From the NCBI GenBank assembly GCA_041752595.1, contig JBGSWE010000007.1, forward strand, positions 76,692 to 140,691: DNA of 64,000 bases. Direction: 5' to 3'. The notes beneath the pieces are model-generated. The model was not told the DNA's origin, searched no databases, and saw only the letters and a list, made by a program, of their open reading frames with translations. This stretch comes from Candidatus Saccharimonadales bacterium. Lineage in GTDB: Bacteria; Patescibacteriota; Saccharimonadia; Saccharimonadales; JACDBH01. Shown here piece by piece: positions 18,648 to 27,981 of the stretch. The position numbers and the translations under genes are program-made. Position 1 is the first letter of the stretch. Every line of letters begins with the position of its first letter.

Positions 18648-19048
18648 TACTTACCCCAACGGTCTTCTTTTGCTTTAGCCCTATGTCTAGCTTCGTTGGC
18701 GTTTTGCTGAGCAATAGTTAGACGGCGACCAGTTGCACTACGTCCTAAATTTGGAGCTATACGAAATAATTCACGATTATCTTCTGAGGCTGGTTCATTA
18801 GCCCACATTTCAGCATGCATTTGATCTAGGGTTGGTTTATCTGCTTCTGCAGTAGCAGCTTTTGCAGCCATCGCTAAAGCTCTACGTTGCGATTCGCCTA
18901 GATCTAGGCCTTCAGGTACATGCCCCACATAGACGTCGCCATCAAACCCAGGGTGTTCGTCATCAGCTGGACCAAAATCAGGAGCATTAACACCTTCATA
19001 TAGAGGCTTTGCTTCACCATCTGTTTCTATATGAAAATGTTCTGTCAT
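18647..19048 (-). CDS. Hypothetical protein
   Basis: ORF start placed at MTEH, 7 nt after TG-A-TATAAT. Confidence 0.55.
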   Translation of the reverse strand: MTEHFHIETDGEAKPLYEGVNAPDFGPADDEHPGFDGDVYVGHVPEGLDLGESQRRALAMAAKAATAEADKPTLDQMHAEMWANEPASEDNRELFRIAPNLGRSATGRRLTIAQQNANEARHRAKAKEDRWGK

Positions 19049-19121
19049 AAGTAACATTATATCACACTTATGCTAATTTGTCTATATGCGTTGTTGACAT
19101 TTAGGCGTATAATCTAAAATC

Positions 19122-19871
19122 ATGTCATTTGAACTTGATTCTTTGGCTGTTAGGCCAATCACAATAGATTTAGCCAGAGAAGGTTTAGAATTAATGGATC
19201 AAAGGTACGGGCCTCAAGGTGCAAGCCCAAGACCATACCACAACCCTAATCATGTTATAGACGTAATTGAATCAGCATACAAATTAGCTAGAGCTAGTGG
19301 AGTTAGTCAGCATGGAATTGAACTCATTATAGTTGGGGCTGCTTTTCATGACGTGGAGCAAGATAAAGGCATTGGCGAAAACGAAGCCACAAGCGCAGAA
19401 GCAGCCACGAAAGCTATGAACAAACACAGTAAAGGACGCCCTGTCAGCAAGGGTTTTAGTTTAAGAGATCAAAGATTTGTAGATGATATTATCCATGGCA
19501 CGGTTTGGCATATGTATAGGGGTAGACTTGTACAACACGCCGTTAGCCCACTAGCTAAATTTGTAGCTGACGGGGATTTGTGTGGGCTAGGCAAAGATAT
19601 TAAACCAGCCTGGAACAATACTCTTAGACTAATGAATGAAATTATTGGTGAAGGTGCAACAATTGCTCAGAAACTTGGTTTTGTTGCAAATTCAACTGAA
19701 ATATTTAAAGGGCACAGTTACTTTACATCTGCAGCTGGTTTTGTTTATCCACACGCCCATAGAAGTATAGAATTTATGGAAAGAATTCTGGCTAGCGGTG
19801 AAATACCGCCACCTTTTGAAATTGAAGAAAATATTCATATTTCAGATGAGCAACAATCAGAAGTTGCCTAA
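19122..19871 (+). CDS. HD-domain metal-dependent phosphohydrolase
   Basis: PYHNPNH, AAFHD, NEATSA and ADGDL motifs. Confidence 0.8.
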   Translation: MSFELDSLAVRPITIDLAREGLELMDQRYGPQGASPRPYHNPNHVIDVIESAYKLARASGVSQHGIELIIVGAAFHDVEQDKGIGENEATSAEAATKAMNKHSKGRPVSKGFSLRDQRFVDDIIHGTVWHMYRGRLVQHAVSPLAKFVADGDLCGLGKDIKPAWNNTLRLMNEIIGEGATIAQKLGFVANSTEIFKGHSYFTSAAGFVYPHAHRSIEFMERILASGEIPPPFEIEENIHISDEQQSEVA

Positions 19872-19941
19872 CTAAGCTGTAATCAAACATACATTATTTA
19901 TAATCTACAATCCTAAATAAATAAATTAAGTTATTAATTTT

Positions 19942-19997
19942 AAGAGGGTGAGCAAGCGCCACGGGAGAGCCATAAGTTCCTCGTAAAGCGCCCTCTT
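19942..19997. other. GC-rich branched stem-loop between convergent genes
   Basis: aagagggtg / cgccctctt outer stem with an inner acggga / ttcctcgt stem, in an AT-rich spacer. Confidence 0.4.
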
Positions 19998-20018
19998 TGA
20001 AACCAAGAACGAGCGAGT

Positions 20019-21137
20019 CTATTCCCAGCGAAAAACTTTGAAAGCAATAAGATAAATTACCACAATCCACGCAGACATTACTGCAATTTGTGGGGACAGA
20101 TCTATTAAGCTTGCGTTTTCGGTAATTATTAGACGAACTGAATCAATTATAGGTGTTAGTGGGATGAATTTGGTGATGCTTTGTAATAAATCTGGCATCA
20201 AAAATGTCGGGAAGAATACGCCTGACAGGAAAAGCATCGGCAAGGTAACTAACTGAGCTAAGGGAGCGGCCTGGTTTTCATTCTTAGCCCAACCACCCAG
20301 TGCTAGTCCGATACCAAAAAGCATAACAGTACCAATAATTACAATGATTGCTAGATTAAAATAACTTCCACGCATATCCAAATCAAAGAATATTAGTGCG
20401 ACAACAAACATGAGAGCAACAGCTAATATACCGATAAAGGCGTTACTAATGACATTTCCGGTAAAGTATTGCCAAACCCTGAGAGTTGTAGTGTGGTAGC
20501 GCCTAAGCACGCCTTTTGTTTTTAATCTAGGAAACACTGTTGTTGGACCAAAAATGCCAAGACTTAGTAGTGTAAATCCTAAAATACCTGAAAAAGTATA
20601 ATCAAACTGAGTAAGTCCCTTTGTAGCCGTAGATTCTGCAACTACAGTAAAAGGGACCGCAGTTGGAATTAATTCGTTATTTATTTCCTTAAATATACCG
20701 TTCATAACTGATGCTAGAGTTTGGCCACTAGATTCATTCGATTGGTCATAAAGAATTTTTGCCTGACCACTAGGGTAAGGATTTTCTGGTTGAATTTCTC
20801 CAAATCCTGCTGGCAAAATAATTGTTGCCTCTAGCTGGCCACGGTTCATCTTTTCCTTTGCGTTGTCTAGGTCAGTTATTTCATCGTCCACCTCAAATAC
20901 TTCGTTTTCTTTAATCTGTTTTGAAAAATCTTTAGAAAATTCTGAACTAGATTCATTTAGAAGTGCCACCCTAAAACTGGGGCTATTGTTTCCGTTGAAA
21001 ATTGATCCAAATATAATTAAGAAAATAAGCGGAAACAAAAATACAAAGAAGATTGCAACCTTATCTCGGAAAAGACGTTTAACGTCTATTTTGATAAAAG
21101 TCGTAATGGGTAATAATTGCTTTTTAAAGTTACTCAT
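20019..21137 (-). CDS. ABC-2 type transporter permease
   Basis: N-terminal TM, extracellular loop, then five TMs with the LSGVFFP...MP motif. Confidence 0.9.
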   Translation of the reverse strand: MSNFKKQLLPITTFIKIDVKRLFRDKVAIFFVFLFPLIFLIIFGSIFNGNNSPSFRVALLNESSSEFSKDFSKQIKENEVFEVDDEITDLDNAKEKMNRGQLEATIILPAGFGEIQPENPYPSGQAKILYDQSNESSGQTLASVMNGIFKEINNELIPTAVPFTVVAESTATKGLTQFDYTFSGILGFTLLSLGIFGPTTVFPRLKTKGVLRRYHTTTLRVWQYFTGNVISNAFIGILAVALMFVVALIFFDLDMRGSYFNLAIIVIIGTVMLFGIGLALGGWAKNENQAAPLAQLVTLPMLFLSGVFFPTFLMPDLLQSITKFIPLTPIIDSVRLIITENASLIDLSPQIAVMSAWIVVIYLIAFKVFRWE

Positions 21138-21139
21138 AA

Positions 21140-21898
21140 TTAATCCCTTAAGGCCTTACCTGTTAAATCTATGAAAACGTCTTCTAGGTTAGCCTGTTGG
21201 ACTTGTTGTTCCTTTTTGAAACCTCTTTTAAGCAAACTTTTAATCAGGTTCTTGGGTGTATCTAGGGCGATAATTTTGCCGTTGTCCATTACGGCTACTC
21301 GATCACAAAGCAGCTCAGCCTCGTCCATATAGTGGGTGGTCATGATAACTGTTACACCGCGGTCTCTAACTTCTTTAATTAAGCCCCAGAGATTACGGCG
21401 CGCTTGAGGATCAAGTCCAGTTGTAGGCTCATCCAAAAAAAACACCTTTGGGTTGTGAACTAACGCTGCAGCGATACTAAACCGCTGCCTTTGGCCACCA
21501 GAAAGCTGCTCTGGGTAGTTTTTGGCTTTTTCTTCAAGTTGGACATCGCGAAGAAATTTCATAGCATCAACTTTTTCGCCGTATGCGGCAGAGAAAAATT
21601 CTATAAGTTCTGTCAGTTTAGTTTTTTCTTCGAAGCTGGGTGTTTGTGGCTGTACGCCAATAAGAGCCTTTATTTCATTATTATTTTCGCTAATTTCTAT
21701 ACCATCCAGCTTAGCACTACCACCATCTATCTTTCTTAGTGTTTCAAGCATTTCAAGTGTAGTTGTTTTACCAGCTCCGTTAGGCCCTAAAATACCGAAT
21801 ATTTCGCCCTGTTTAACACTAAAACTAATGGAGTCTACTACTTTTTTATTGTCATAAATTTTAGTAAGATTTTTAACCTCTAGAATATTTTTAACCAT
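21140..21898 (-). CDS. ABC transporter ATP-binding protein
   Basis: GPNGAGKT, LSGGQ, LDEPTTGLD and TTHYMDEAE. Confidence 0.95.
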   Translation of the reverse strand: MVKNILEVKNLTKIYDNKKVVDSISFSVKQGEIFGILGPNGAGKTTTLEMLETLRKIDGGSAKLDGIEISENNNEIKALIGVQPQTPSFEEKTKLTELIEFFSAAYGEKVDAMKFLRDVQLEEKAKNYPEQLSGGQRQRFSIAAALVHNPKVFFLDEPTTGLDPQARRNLWGLIKEVRDRGVTVIMTTHYMDEAELLCDRVAVMDNGKIIALDTPKNLIKSLLKRGFKKEQQVQQANLEDVFIDLTGKALRD

Positions 21899-21947
21899 CT
21901 TATCTATATTCTAAGGTGTTATAGCAAAATAATAAAGTATCAAATAC

Positions 21948-21976
21948 AAAAAAGACCCCTATTAACGGGGTCTTTT
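21948..21976 (-). terminator. Intrinsic terminator
   Basis: aaaagacccc / ggggtctttt stem with a T-run on the minus strand after the 65-aa gene. Confidence 0.75.
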
Positions 21977-21994
21977 AAAGTTAAATAATTAAGA

Positions 21995-22192
21995 CTATCT
22001 AATGCGCTTTACAGTCAAGAAACCGTTGCGTGGGTTCTCGTTGACTTCCATACCTGATGGAAGATCTGTTGCTTCTGGGCGCTCGTCTTTACTGAAGTAG
22101 TAAATTGTTTGCTCTTTACCACCGCGTAGTACTACAGCCTTTGAATTTAGGTAGTAAGTTACACCCTTTGAATTTGTGTGCTTGTATGCCAT
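21995..22192 (-). CDS. Small hypothetical protein
   Basis: MAYKHTNSKGVTYYL...IYYFSK...ENPRNG; SD GAGGGAG and its own terminator. Confidence 0.75.
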   Translation of the reverse strand: MAYKHTNSKGVTYYLNSKAVVLRGGKEQTIYYFSKDERPEATDLPSGMEVNENPRNGFLTVKRIR

Positions 22193-22453
22193 TTTCGTTA
22201 TGACTCCCTCTCTTTAGCATTACTGATTGTATCCATAACATACGCTGAGCCTAAATTGTTTGTCAATAGGTTTTTGCTCTGTTTTATTAATGTCTAATAG
22301 GTCTAACAGGGGTGAAAGAAGTTAAATAATAAATTGTAAAAAAGTAATAATAAACAAAAATTTTACGAAGATATTGCCAATGTGCTCATGTTTAGGGTAA
22401 TATAGGCTTTGTAGTCATTTAAATATATAAAGGTGGAAGGGGTATTTGGGTTT

Positions 22454-23008
22454 ATGGAATTTATGAACCGTAGCGGTCAACAACAGGCCGCTCCAACCGC
22501 TGCACCAGTGCAGCGACCCGCGCAAACAAGCGGCAATAAACAACGTGGTAAGGCACTAAGAATCGTGTCGGCGTTCTTACTAATTTCAGTTGGATTACTT
22601 GTAGCAGCTTTGGCTGTTTTTGTAGCAACTGGTGGATCTAAGAATGAAAATGAATACTTAAAAGATGATAAATTCCAGGCAGTATTCTTAGATGGTGGTC
22701 AAGTTTACTTTGGTAAAATTCGTGAATTAAATGATAAATTTATTTCTCTCGATAACATCTATTACCTGCGTGTTAACGAGCAGACTCAAGTTGATCCAAA
22801 TGCCAACCAACAAGATGCACAACAAGACATTAGCCTTGCTAAGCTAGGTTGTGAGCTTCATGGCCCTGAAGACAACATGATAATTACTCGCCAACAAGTT
22901 ACTTTCTGGGAGAACTTAAAAGACGATGGTCAAGTGACCAAGGCAATTGCCGAGTTCGTCAAACAAAACCCAGAAGGACAGAAGTGTACAACACCTGCTG
23001 CTCAGTAA
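22454..23008 (+). CDS. Single-pass membrane protein of a CPR-typical family
   Basis: TM followed by QAVFL..GQVYFG, YYL and LAKLGCELHGPED; family recognised from memory. Confidence 0.7.
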   Translation: MEFMNRSGQQQAAPTAAPVQRPAQTSGNKQRGKALRIVSAFLLISVGLLVAALAVFVATGGSKNENEYLKDDKFQAVFLDGGQVYFGKIRELNDKFISLDNIYYLRVNEQTQVDPNANQQDAQQDISLAKLGCELHGPEDNMIITRQQVTFWENLKDDGQVTKAIAEFVKQNPEGQKCTTPAAQ

Positions 23009-23021
23009 TTTTAGCTAGCTA

Positions 23022-23059
23022 AATTAAAAATGCCTCCTCTCGCGGAGGCATTTTTAATT
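23022..23059. terminator. Bidirectional terminator
   Basis: aattaaaaatgcctcc / ggaggcatttttaatt. Confidence 0.85.
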
Positions 23060-23071
23060 ACTTATTTATTA

Positions 23072-23695
23072 TTAATGATTGTTTCTTTTTAGTGTTGTCT
23101 TGATAACCGTCTGACTAATGAGGAAGAAGCCAAAAATAATAAACGATATAATAGCTGCTAACAGACTAAACCCGGCCAAATCAGGTGACCAACTAGGTGA
23201 AACAAAATCAAATTTATATATGTCATCTGGTATGTTTACTTCTGTTGTTGTTATGCCCTTAGAATCAACATATTCTTCGATGCATTCAAGTCTGTTTCGT
23301 CCTGAAAAACCGGTTGAAATCTGTTGTTCGCAGAAATTTTGCGCATCCGTGTAAATAGACTCATTTCCAATGTTTTGACTTGCCTTTTCTTCTATGACAA
23401 GGCGTTCATAACGATATTTTAGTTGAATAGGTGGCCTTATAGCATTATCCCCAGAAGTAAGATTGGTATTCATATGTGAATACACATACTCCCTTAGATC
23501 GGTAAGTGCCTTTTCAACATCTCCATTTTGTTCATCGGCAACAAATACTGCTTGCTTTAGCTCTATCATCCGCTGATTATTAGCTCTAAGTGCAAAGACA
23601 GAAATAAATAAAAGTAAGACTCCTGCAATAAAAAATCCCCAGTAAGGAACCTTTTTGCTAAGTGCAAGAAAGTTATTTAGTTTACGTTTATCCAT
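23072..23695 (-). CDS. Hypothetical membrane protein with two TMs
   Basis: TMs at both ends; HMNT and SPSWSPDLAG motifs. Confidence 0.65.
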   Translation of the reverse strand: MDKRKLNNFLALSKKVPYWGFFIAGVLLLFISVFALRANNQRMIELKQAVFVADEQNGDVEKALTDLREYVYSHMNTNLTSGDNAIRPPIQLKYRYERLVIEEKASQNIGNESIYTDAQNFCEQQISTGFSGRNRLECIEEYVDSKGITTTEVNIPDDIYKFDFVSPSWSPDLAGFSLLAAIISFIIFGFFLISQTVIKTTLKRNNH

Positions 23696-23780
23696 GTGTT
23701 AATAGTACAGAGTAGTTGAGCTAGAGTACAGGACTGCTGCAGCTATGTACTTAGTGCTTTGTAGTTTGTACTATATAAAC

Positions 23781-25088
23781 ATGCATATTTTCTTTTCTGG
23801 AATTGGGGGCACGGGAATAGGCCCACTTGCTATAATTGCAAAACAAGCAGGCTATGAAGTTTCTGGGTCAGACAAACAAAGTAGTCAGTATATTGACTAC
23901 TTGAAAAAACAAGGTATTAACGATATATATATTGGCCAAACGAAAGAAGCCATAGTAGCTGAACATCGCAAAAGCCCTATTGACTGGTATGTCTTTTCTT
24001 CAGCGATTGAAAAAGAAAACCCAAATCATCCTGAACTACAGTTTGTTATGGAAAATAATATCAAAAACAGCAAACGCGATGCCCTTCTAACTCACATTAT
24101 CAAGGATAAGCAATTGAAACTTCTGGCTATTGCTGGAACACATGGTAAAACTACCACAACCGCGATGACGATTTACCTCATGAAGGCTTTAGAACTACCA
24201 ATAAGTTATTCTGTTGGGGCGAAGATAAGTTTTGGTGATATGGGTAGATACGATCCGCTAAGTGAATACTTTGTACTGGAGTGTGATGAGTTTGATAATA
24301 ATTTTTTAAGTTTTACGCCTTATAACGCAATGATCTGTGGAATTGGTTATGATCACCACGAAATTTACCCGACAGAAGATTCGTATCAAAACGCTTTTCG
24401 TGAATTCATTAGCAGAGGTGCTTGGAAAACAATGTGGTCAGTTGATTTTAAAAAGTTAAGGCTTGAAACTGATGCTACTTACATAATTATGGATGAAAAT
24501 AATCCAGAAATTAACAAGTTAACATTGGTAGGTGAAGTTAATCGAAAAGATGCCTGGCTTGCAATTGCGTCTGTGCAACAAATTACCAAATTACCCACCG
24601 AACAGCTTATAGCTATTATGAACAAATTCCCTGGCGTATCTAGAAGAATGGAAAAAATTAAAGATAATATATATAGTGATTACGCCCATACACCTGAGAA
24701 AATTCAAGGTGCAATACAAATAGGCCTTGAGACAGCCAATAATATGGGTAAGAAGCTTGTGGTAGTTTATGAACCCTTAACAAACCGTCGGATGCACCAC
24801 ACAAAAGAGCTTCACAGAGATATTTTTAATGGAGTTAGTAAATTATACTGGGTCCCTAGTTATCTGGCCCGTGAGGACCCAGAACAGACCATATTGACGC
24901 CTACAGACCTAATAGGCTTCTTGAACCCTGATATGCAAGCTATCGCTGTGTCGGCAGAGCTAAATGGTGACTTAAAAAAAGTAATTAAATCTCATAACAA
25001 ACAGGGGGATTTAGTGTTATGTCTCAGCGGCGGTGGTGGAAACTCGTTAGATGAGTGGCTCAGAAAACAATCTTGGGGCTGGTTTTAG
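23781..25088 (+). CDS. murC: Mur ligase (MurC/Mpl-like)
   Basis: IFFSGIGGTG, VSGSD, AGTHGKTTTT, ECDE, DHHE and SDYAHTP. Confidence 0.8.
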   Translation: MHIFFSGIGGTGIGPLAIIAKQAGYEVSGSDKQSSQYIDYLKKQGINDIYIGQTKEAIVAEHRKSPIDWYVFSSAIEKENPNHPELQFVMENNIKNSKRDALLTHIIKDKQLKLLAIAGTHGKTTTTAMTIYLMKALELPISYSVGAKISFGDMGRYDPLSEYFVLECDEFDNNFLSFTPYNAMICGIGYDHHEIYPTEDSYQNAFREFISRGAWKTMWSVDFKKLRLETDATYIIMDENNPEINKLTLVGEVNRKDAWLAIASVQQITKLPTEQLIAIMNKFPGVSRRMEKIKDNIYSDYAHTPEKIQGAIQIGLETANNMGKKLVVVYEPLTNRRMHHTKELHRDIFNGVSKLYWVPSYLAREDPEQTILTPTDLIGFLNPDMQAIAVSAELNGDLKKVIKSHNKQGDLVLCLSGGGGNSLDEWLRKQSWGWF

Positions 25089-25090
25089 TA

Positions 25091-26584
25091 TTAAAAAACG
25101 CCCACTAAAAGTAAAAAGGCGAAAATTAAAAATGCAATCAGCCAAGTTAACGGATTCATAGTACGGCGCACTAGCTGTTGTTTTATATAGTTTGTATCGG
25201 ATAAAACCTTACGCAAAGAGGGTTTTTGTTTTTTATTTTTTTGATCTGTTTGTTTGTTTGATTGAGAAGTTGTCGTGTTAGTGCTTGCACCAAATAGCAC
25301 AGTTGATCCAACGGTTGATGCAATAGCTTGATCATGATTTTTTTTAAGTAATAACTCTTGCTTTTGTTCTTTCTTAAACTCTTCGCCGTAAGCAAGTTCG
25401 GGATCTTGTATTAACTTGCCTGTTTTTTTATCAACTTCATATCTATGCCATGCACTAGTTTCTACCCTACGATCATTCGGAGCATGGTATGTTTCACTTT
25501 CTATAGCCTCTGAAGCTGTAATTCTTTCATCAGGGGTTACTGCTTTTTCGGTCTTTTGTTTTGAAGTTTCATTAGTGTTGTTATTAGTCGGTTTTTCAAA
25601 TTTTGCCGTAGTGGCTTGATAGGTATCGCCTTTTAATATAGCTTGTCGTTCTGTAATTTTTTCGTCCTGCTGTGAAATAGCCTCCTCAAGGTGTTTTTGA
25701 GTGCGCTCAACGGCTTTTAGCCTGTCTTGGGTATATATCTGCTCTGTGCTCATATTTGCGATTTCTGCGTCTCTTTGTTTGATAGCTTGCTCTGATTTGA
25801 GCTCTGCTTTTCTTTTGCCTCTCCTGCCAATCCACCAGCCAAATAAAGCGCCAGCAGCAACACCATTGCTGTTACCGCGTTTTCGGCCTTTGTGATACGC
25901 ATCATCTAGATCACGCTCTGTAATTGGTTTTGAAGTTTCTTGTGGTGTAGGGCTAGTTACTTCGGGTGATACATCCCTTTGGTTAGGATTAATCTTTTTA
26001 TGATAATCGGGCTCTGGTAGAGGTTCAGAATCTTCTTCTGATGGGGTGAAGGATTCTGGAGTTGATACTTCAACGCTTTCAATATTGGGATTATTTGTCT
26101 CTGTGGGTTGAGTATCCTCAGCTTGGTCTATTACTTCTGGGGGGTGATTGTCATTACTTTCAAACAAGTTAATATCGTCTGGTTCATTTTCACCCAATTC
26201 ATCAGTAGCTTCAATTTGACCTTCGATTAGCTCTTTAGGGTCTGTTTGCAGTCTTTCGATAACTAATTCGCCTTCCCCTTCTATCTCACCCTCGGTTATT
26301 TCGTGGCTAAATGCAATATCTTCGCCCTTATGCTCCGTATCATTTGAATCATCTTTATCAACTAAATCTTCTTCATTATCATTTTTATTTAAAAATAAAC
26401 TTTCTAGGGTTATTGGGGCATCTTTTTTAACATCAGCACCATCAACAATATCTGTAACTTCTGTTTTTTTTATCGGCAATGGTATTCTAGTCGTCTTCTT
26501 CTTCTTTTTTTTAGATACTTCTTTATCTCCAGATGAATCTGGAGGTATAGATGATTCAAATGGAGTGCCAGGTAAATATTCCAT
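25091..26584 (-). CDS. Hypothetical acidic low-complexity protein with C-terminal TM
   Basis: Long acidic disordered region, GWWIGRR motif, coiled coil and a C-terminal hydrophobic anchor. Confidence 0.65.
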   Translation of the reverse strand: MEYLPGTPFESSIPPDSSGDKEVSKKKKKKTTRIPLPIKKTEVTDIVDGADVKKDAPITLESLFLNKNDNEEDLVDKDDSNDTEHKGEDIAFSHEITEGEIEGEGELVIERLQTDPKELIEGQIEATDELGENEPDDINLFESNDNHPPEVIDQAEDTQPTETNNPNIESVEVSTPESFTPSEEDSEPLPEPDYHKKINPNQRDVSPEVTSPTPQETSKPITERDLDDAYHKGRKRGNSNGVAAGALFGWWIGRRGKRKAELKSEQAIKQRDAEIANMSTEQIYTQDRLKAVERTQKHLEEAISQQDEKITERQAILKGDTYQATTAKFEKPTNNNTNETSKQKTEKAVTPDERITASEAIESETYHAPNDRRVETSAWHRYEVDKKTGKLIQDPELAYGEEFKKEQKQELLLKKNHDQAIASTVGSTVLFGASTNTTTSQSNKQTDQKNKKQKPSLRKVLSDTNYIKQQLVRRTMNPLTWLIAFLIFAFLLLVGVF

Positions 26585-26647
26585 AAATTTTAAATTTAAC
26601 TAAAATATTATATAACTTTTAGCACTAAAAGACAATTATTATATCCG

Positions 26648-26983
26648 TTAGGAGGAAAGCGCGAAGTATGCAGCTATGGCTAATACGATAACAGTCGCAA
26701 CAACAAGACCAATTAATAACAGGTGGCTATCTTTATGTGGTACATCTGCTTGGTTGGGAATACCAGCGACTGGCGCAGCCTCTTGCGGAGCGACTGGCTG
26801 TGTTGGGGCTTCGATGGGTTGAATGCTTGTAGCTGACTGTTCGGGTGATGACTCAACGGCAACTGTAGGTTCAGCTTCAACTTCTGTAGCAGATACGGGT
26901 TGTGGATTGGTAATCGGTGCAGCATTAGAATCTACCATACCATCATTGTTTACGTCTGGTGTTGAGTTGTTTGATTGGTCCAT
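26648..26983 (-). CDS. Hypothetical tail-anchored protein
   Basis: P/A/Q-rich disordered body with a C-terminal TM; SD AAGGA. Confidence 0.6.
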   Translation of the reverse strand: MDQSNNSTPDVNNDGMVDSNAAPITNPQPVSATEVEAEPTVAVESSPEQSATSIQPIEAPTQPVAPQEAAPVAGIPNQADVPHKDSHLLLIGLVVATVIVLAIAAYFALSS

Positions 26984-27141
26984 GTAGTGTCCTTAATTTA
27001 GTAGCTTAGCTTGAATTAATTTTTTATTAATATTCTACTTATTGTACAGCATAACCATTTTTCTTTAAATTGAATAGAAATTGTGCTGACATATATATAA
27101 ATCGGGAGGGCTAGGATTATTTATGATAATCTAAATCTATA

Positions 27142-27981
27142 ATGCTGATACGACTTGCTCGCCTCTTAAAACGTATGTTCGTTCTGTTTATTGGTATTTT
27201 GGTCGTATACCTCGCAGTTTGGCAATTCTTTCCGTTTTTTGAAAATCGAGTTAATTGGGCGGCAGCTCTATTTGCAACATATATTTTTACGGCATACTTT
27301 TTTATTCCAATACTAGTTCGTATTTTTAGATTATTTTATACACCAAAGCACTTTCCAACTTATTGCGTCACGCCAGATGGTTTTGCTAGTGATCCAGTCA
27401 ACATTGGACTTATAGGTACGAGACTTCAAATAAAGAACGCTATGGCAGAAGCAGGCTGGCACTTATCGGATAACAAAAATTTTAAGAGTATGTTAAAAGT
27501 TGCAAGGTCTATGTTAACTCGACAGCAATATAACAACGCACCTTTTAGTAGTTTATATCTTTTTGGTCGTAAACAAGACATAGGGTTCCAGAAGCCATTT
27601 GGTGATAGCCCATCATTAAGGCATCATGTTCGTTTCTGGGCCTGTAACCTGGATGGACCAGAAGCATTTCATCACCACGTTGCTTTTTGGGAGCGTTTAC
27701 ACCTACCTAATTCAGATTACTCCAGTAGACAACTTTGGGTAGGGGCTGCTAGTAGAGACGTAGGTATTATGCCAATCCGTCATAACGGACAACTTACTCA
27801 CATGATTGACCCCAACACCAATATTGAGCGTGATCTTATCGTCGAAGACTTACGTCAAAATCATACAGTTTCTGAAGTTATAACTATAAAAGCGCATGAA
27901 GGCATAAACGTACGAAATCGTGCACTAGGTGGTTTTCTTCATGCTGATGGCAAAGTACGAATTTGTATTTTAAAAGATTAG
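27142..27981 (+). CDS. LssY C-terminal domain protein
   Basis: DPVNIGLIG, AGW, PFSSLYLFGRKQD, RHHVRFW, WVGAAS and HMIDPN...ERD. Confidence 0.8.
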   Translation: MLIRLARLLKRMFVLFIGILVVYLAVWQFFPFFENRVNWAAALFATYIFTAYFFIPILVRIFRLFYTPKHFPTYCVTPDGFASDPVNIGLIGTRLQIKNAMAEAGWHLSDNKNFKSMLKVARSMLTRQQYNNAPFSSLYLFGRKQDIGFQKPFGDSPSLRHHVRFWACNLDGPEAFHHHVAFWERLHLPNSDYSSRQLWVGAASRDVGIMPIRHNGQLTHMIDPNTNIERDLIVEDLRQNHTVSEVITIKAHEGINVRNRALGGFLHADGKVRICILKD

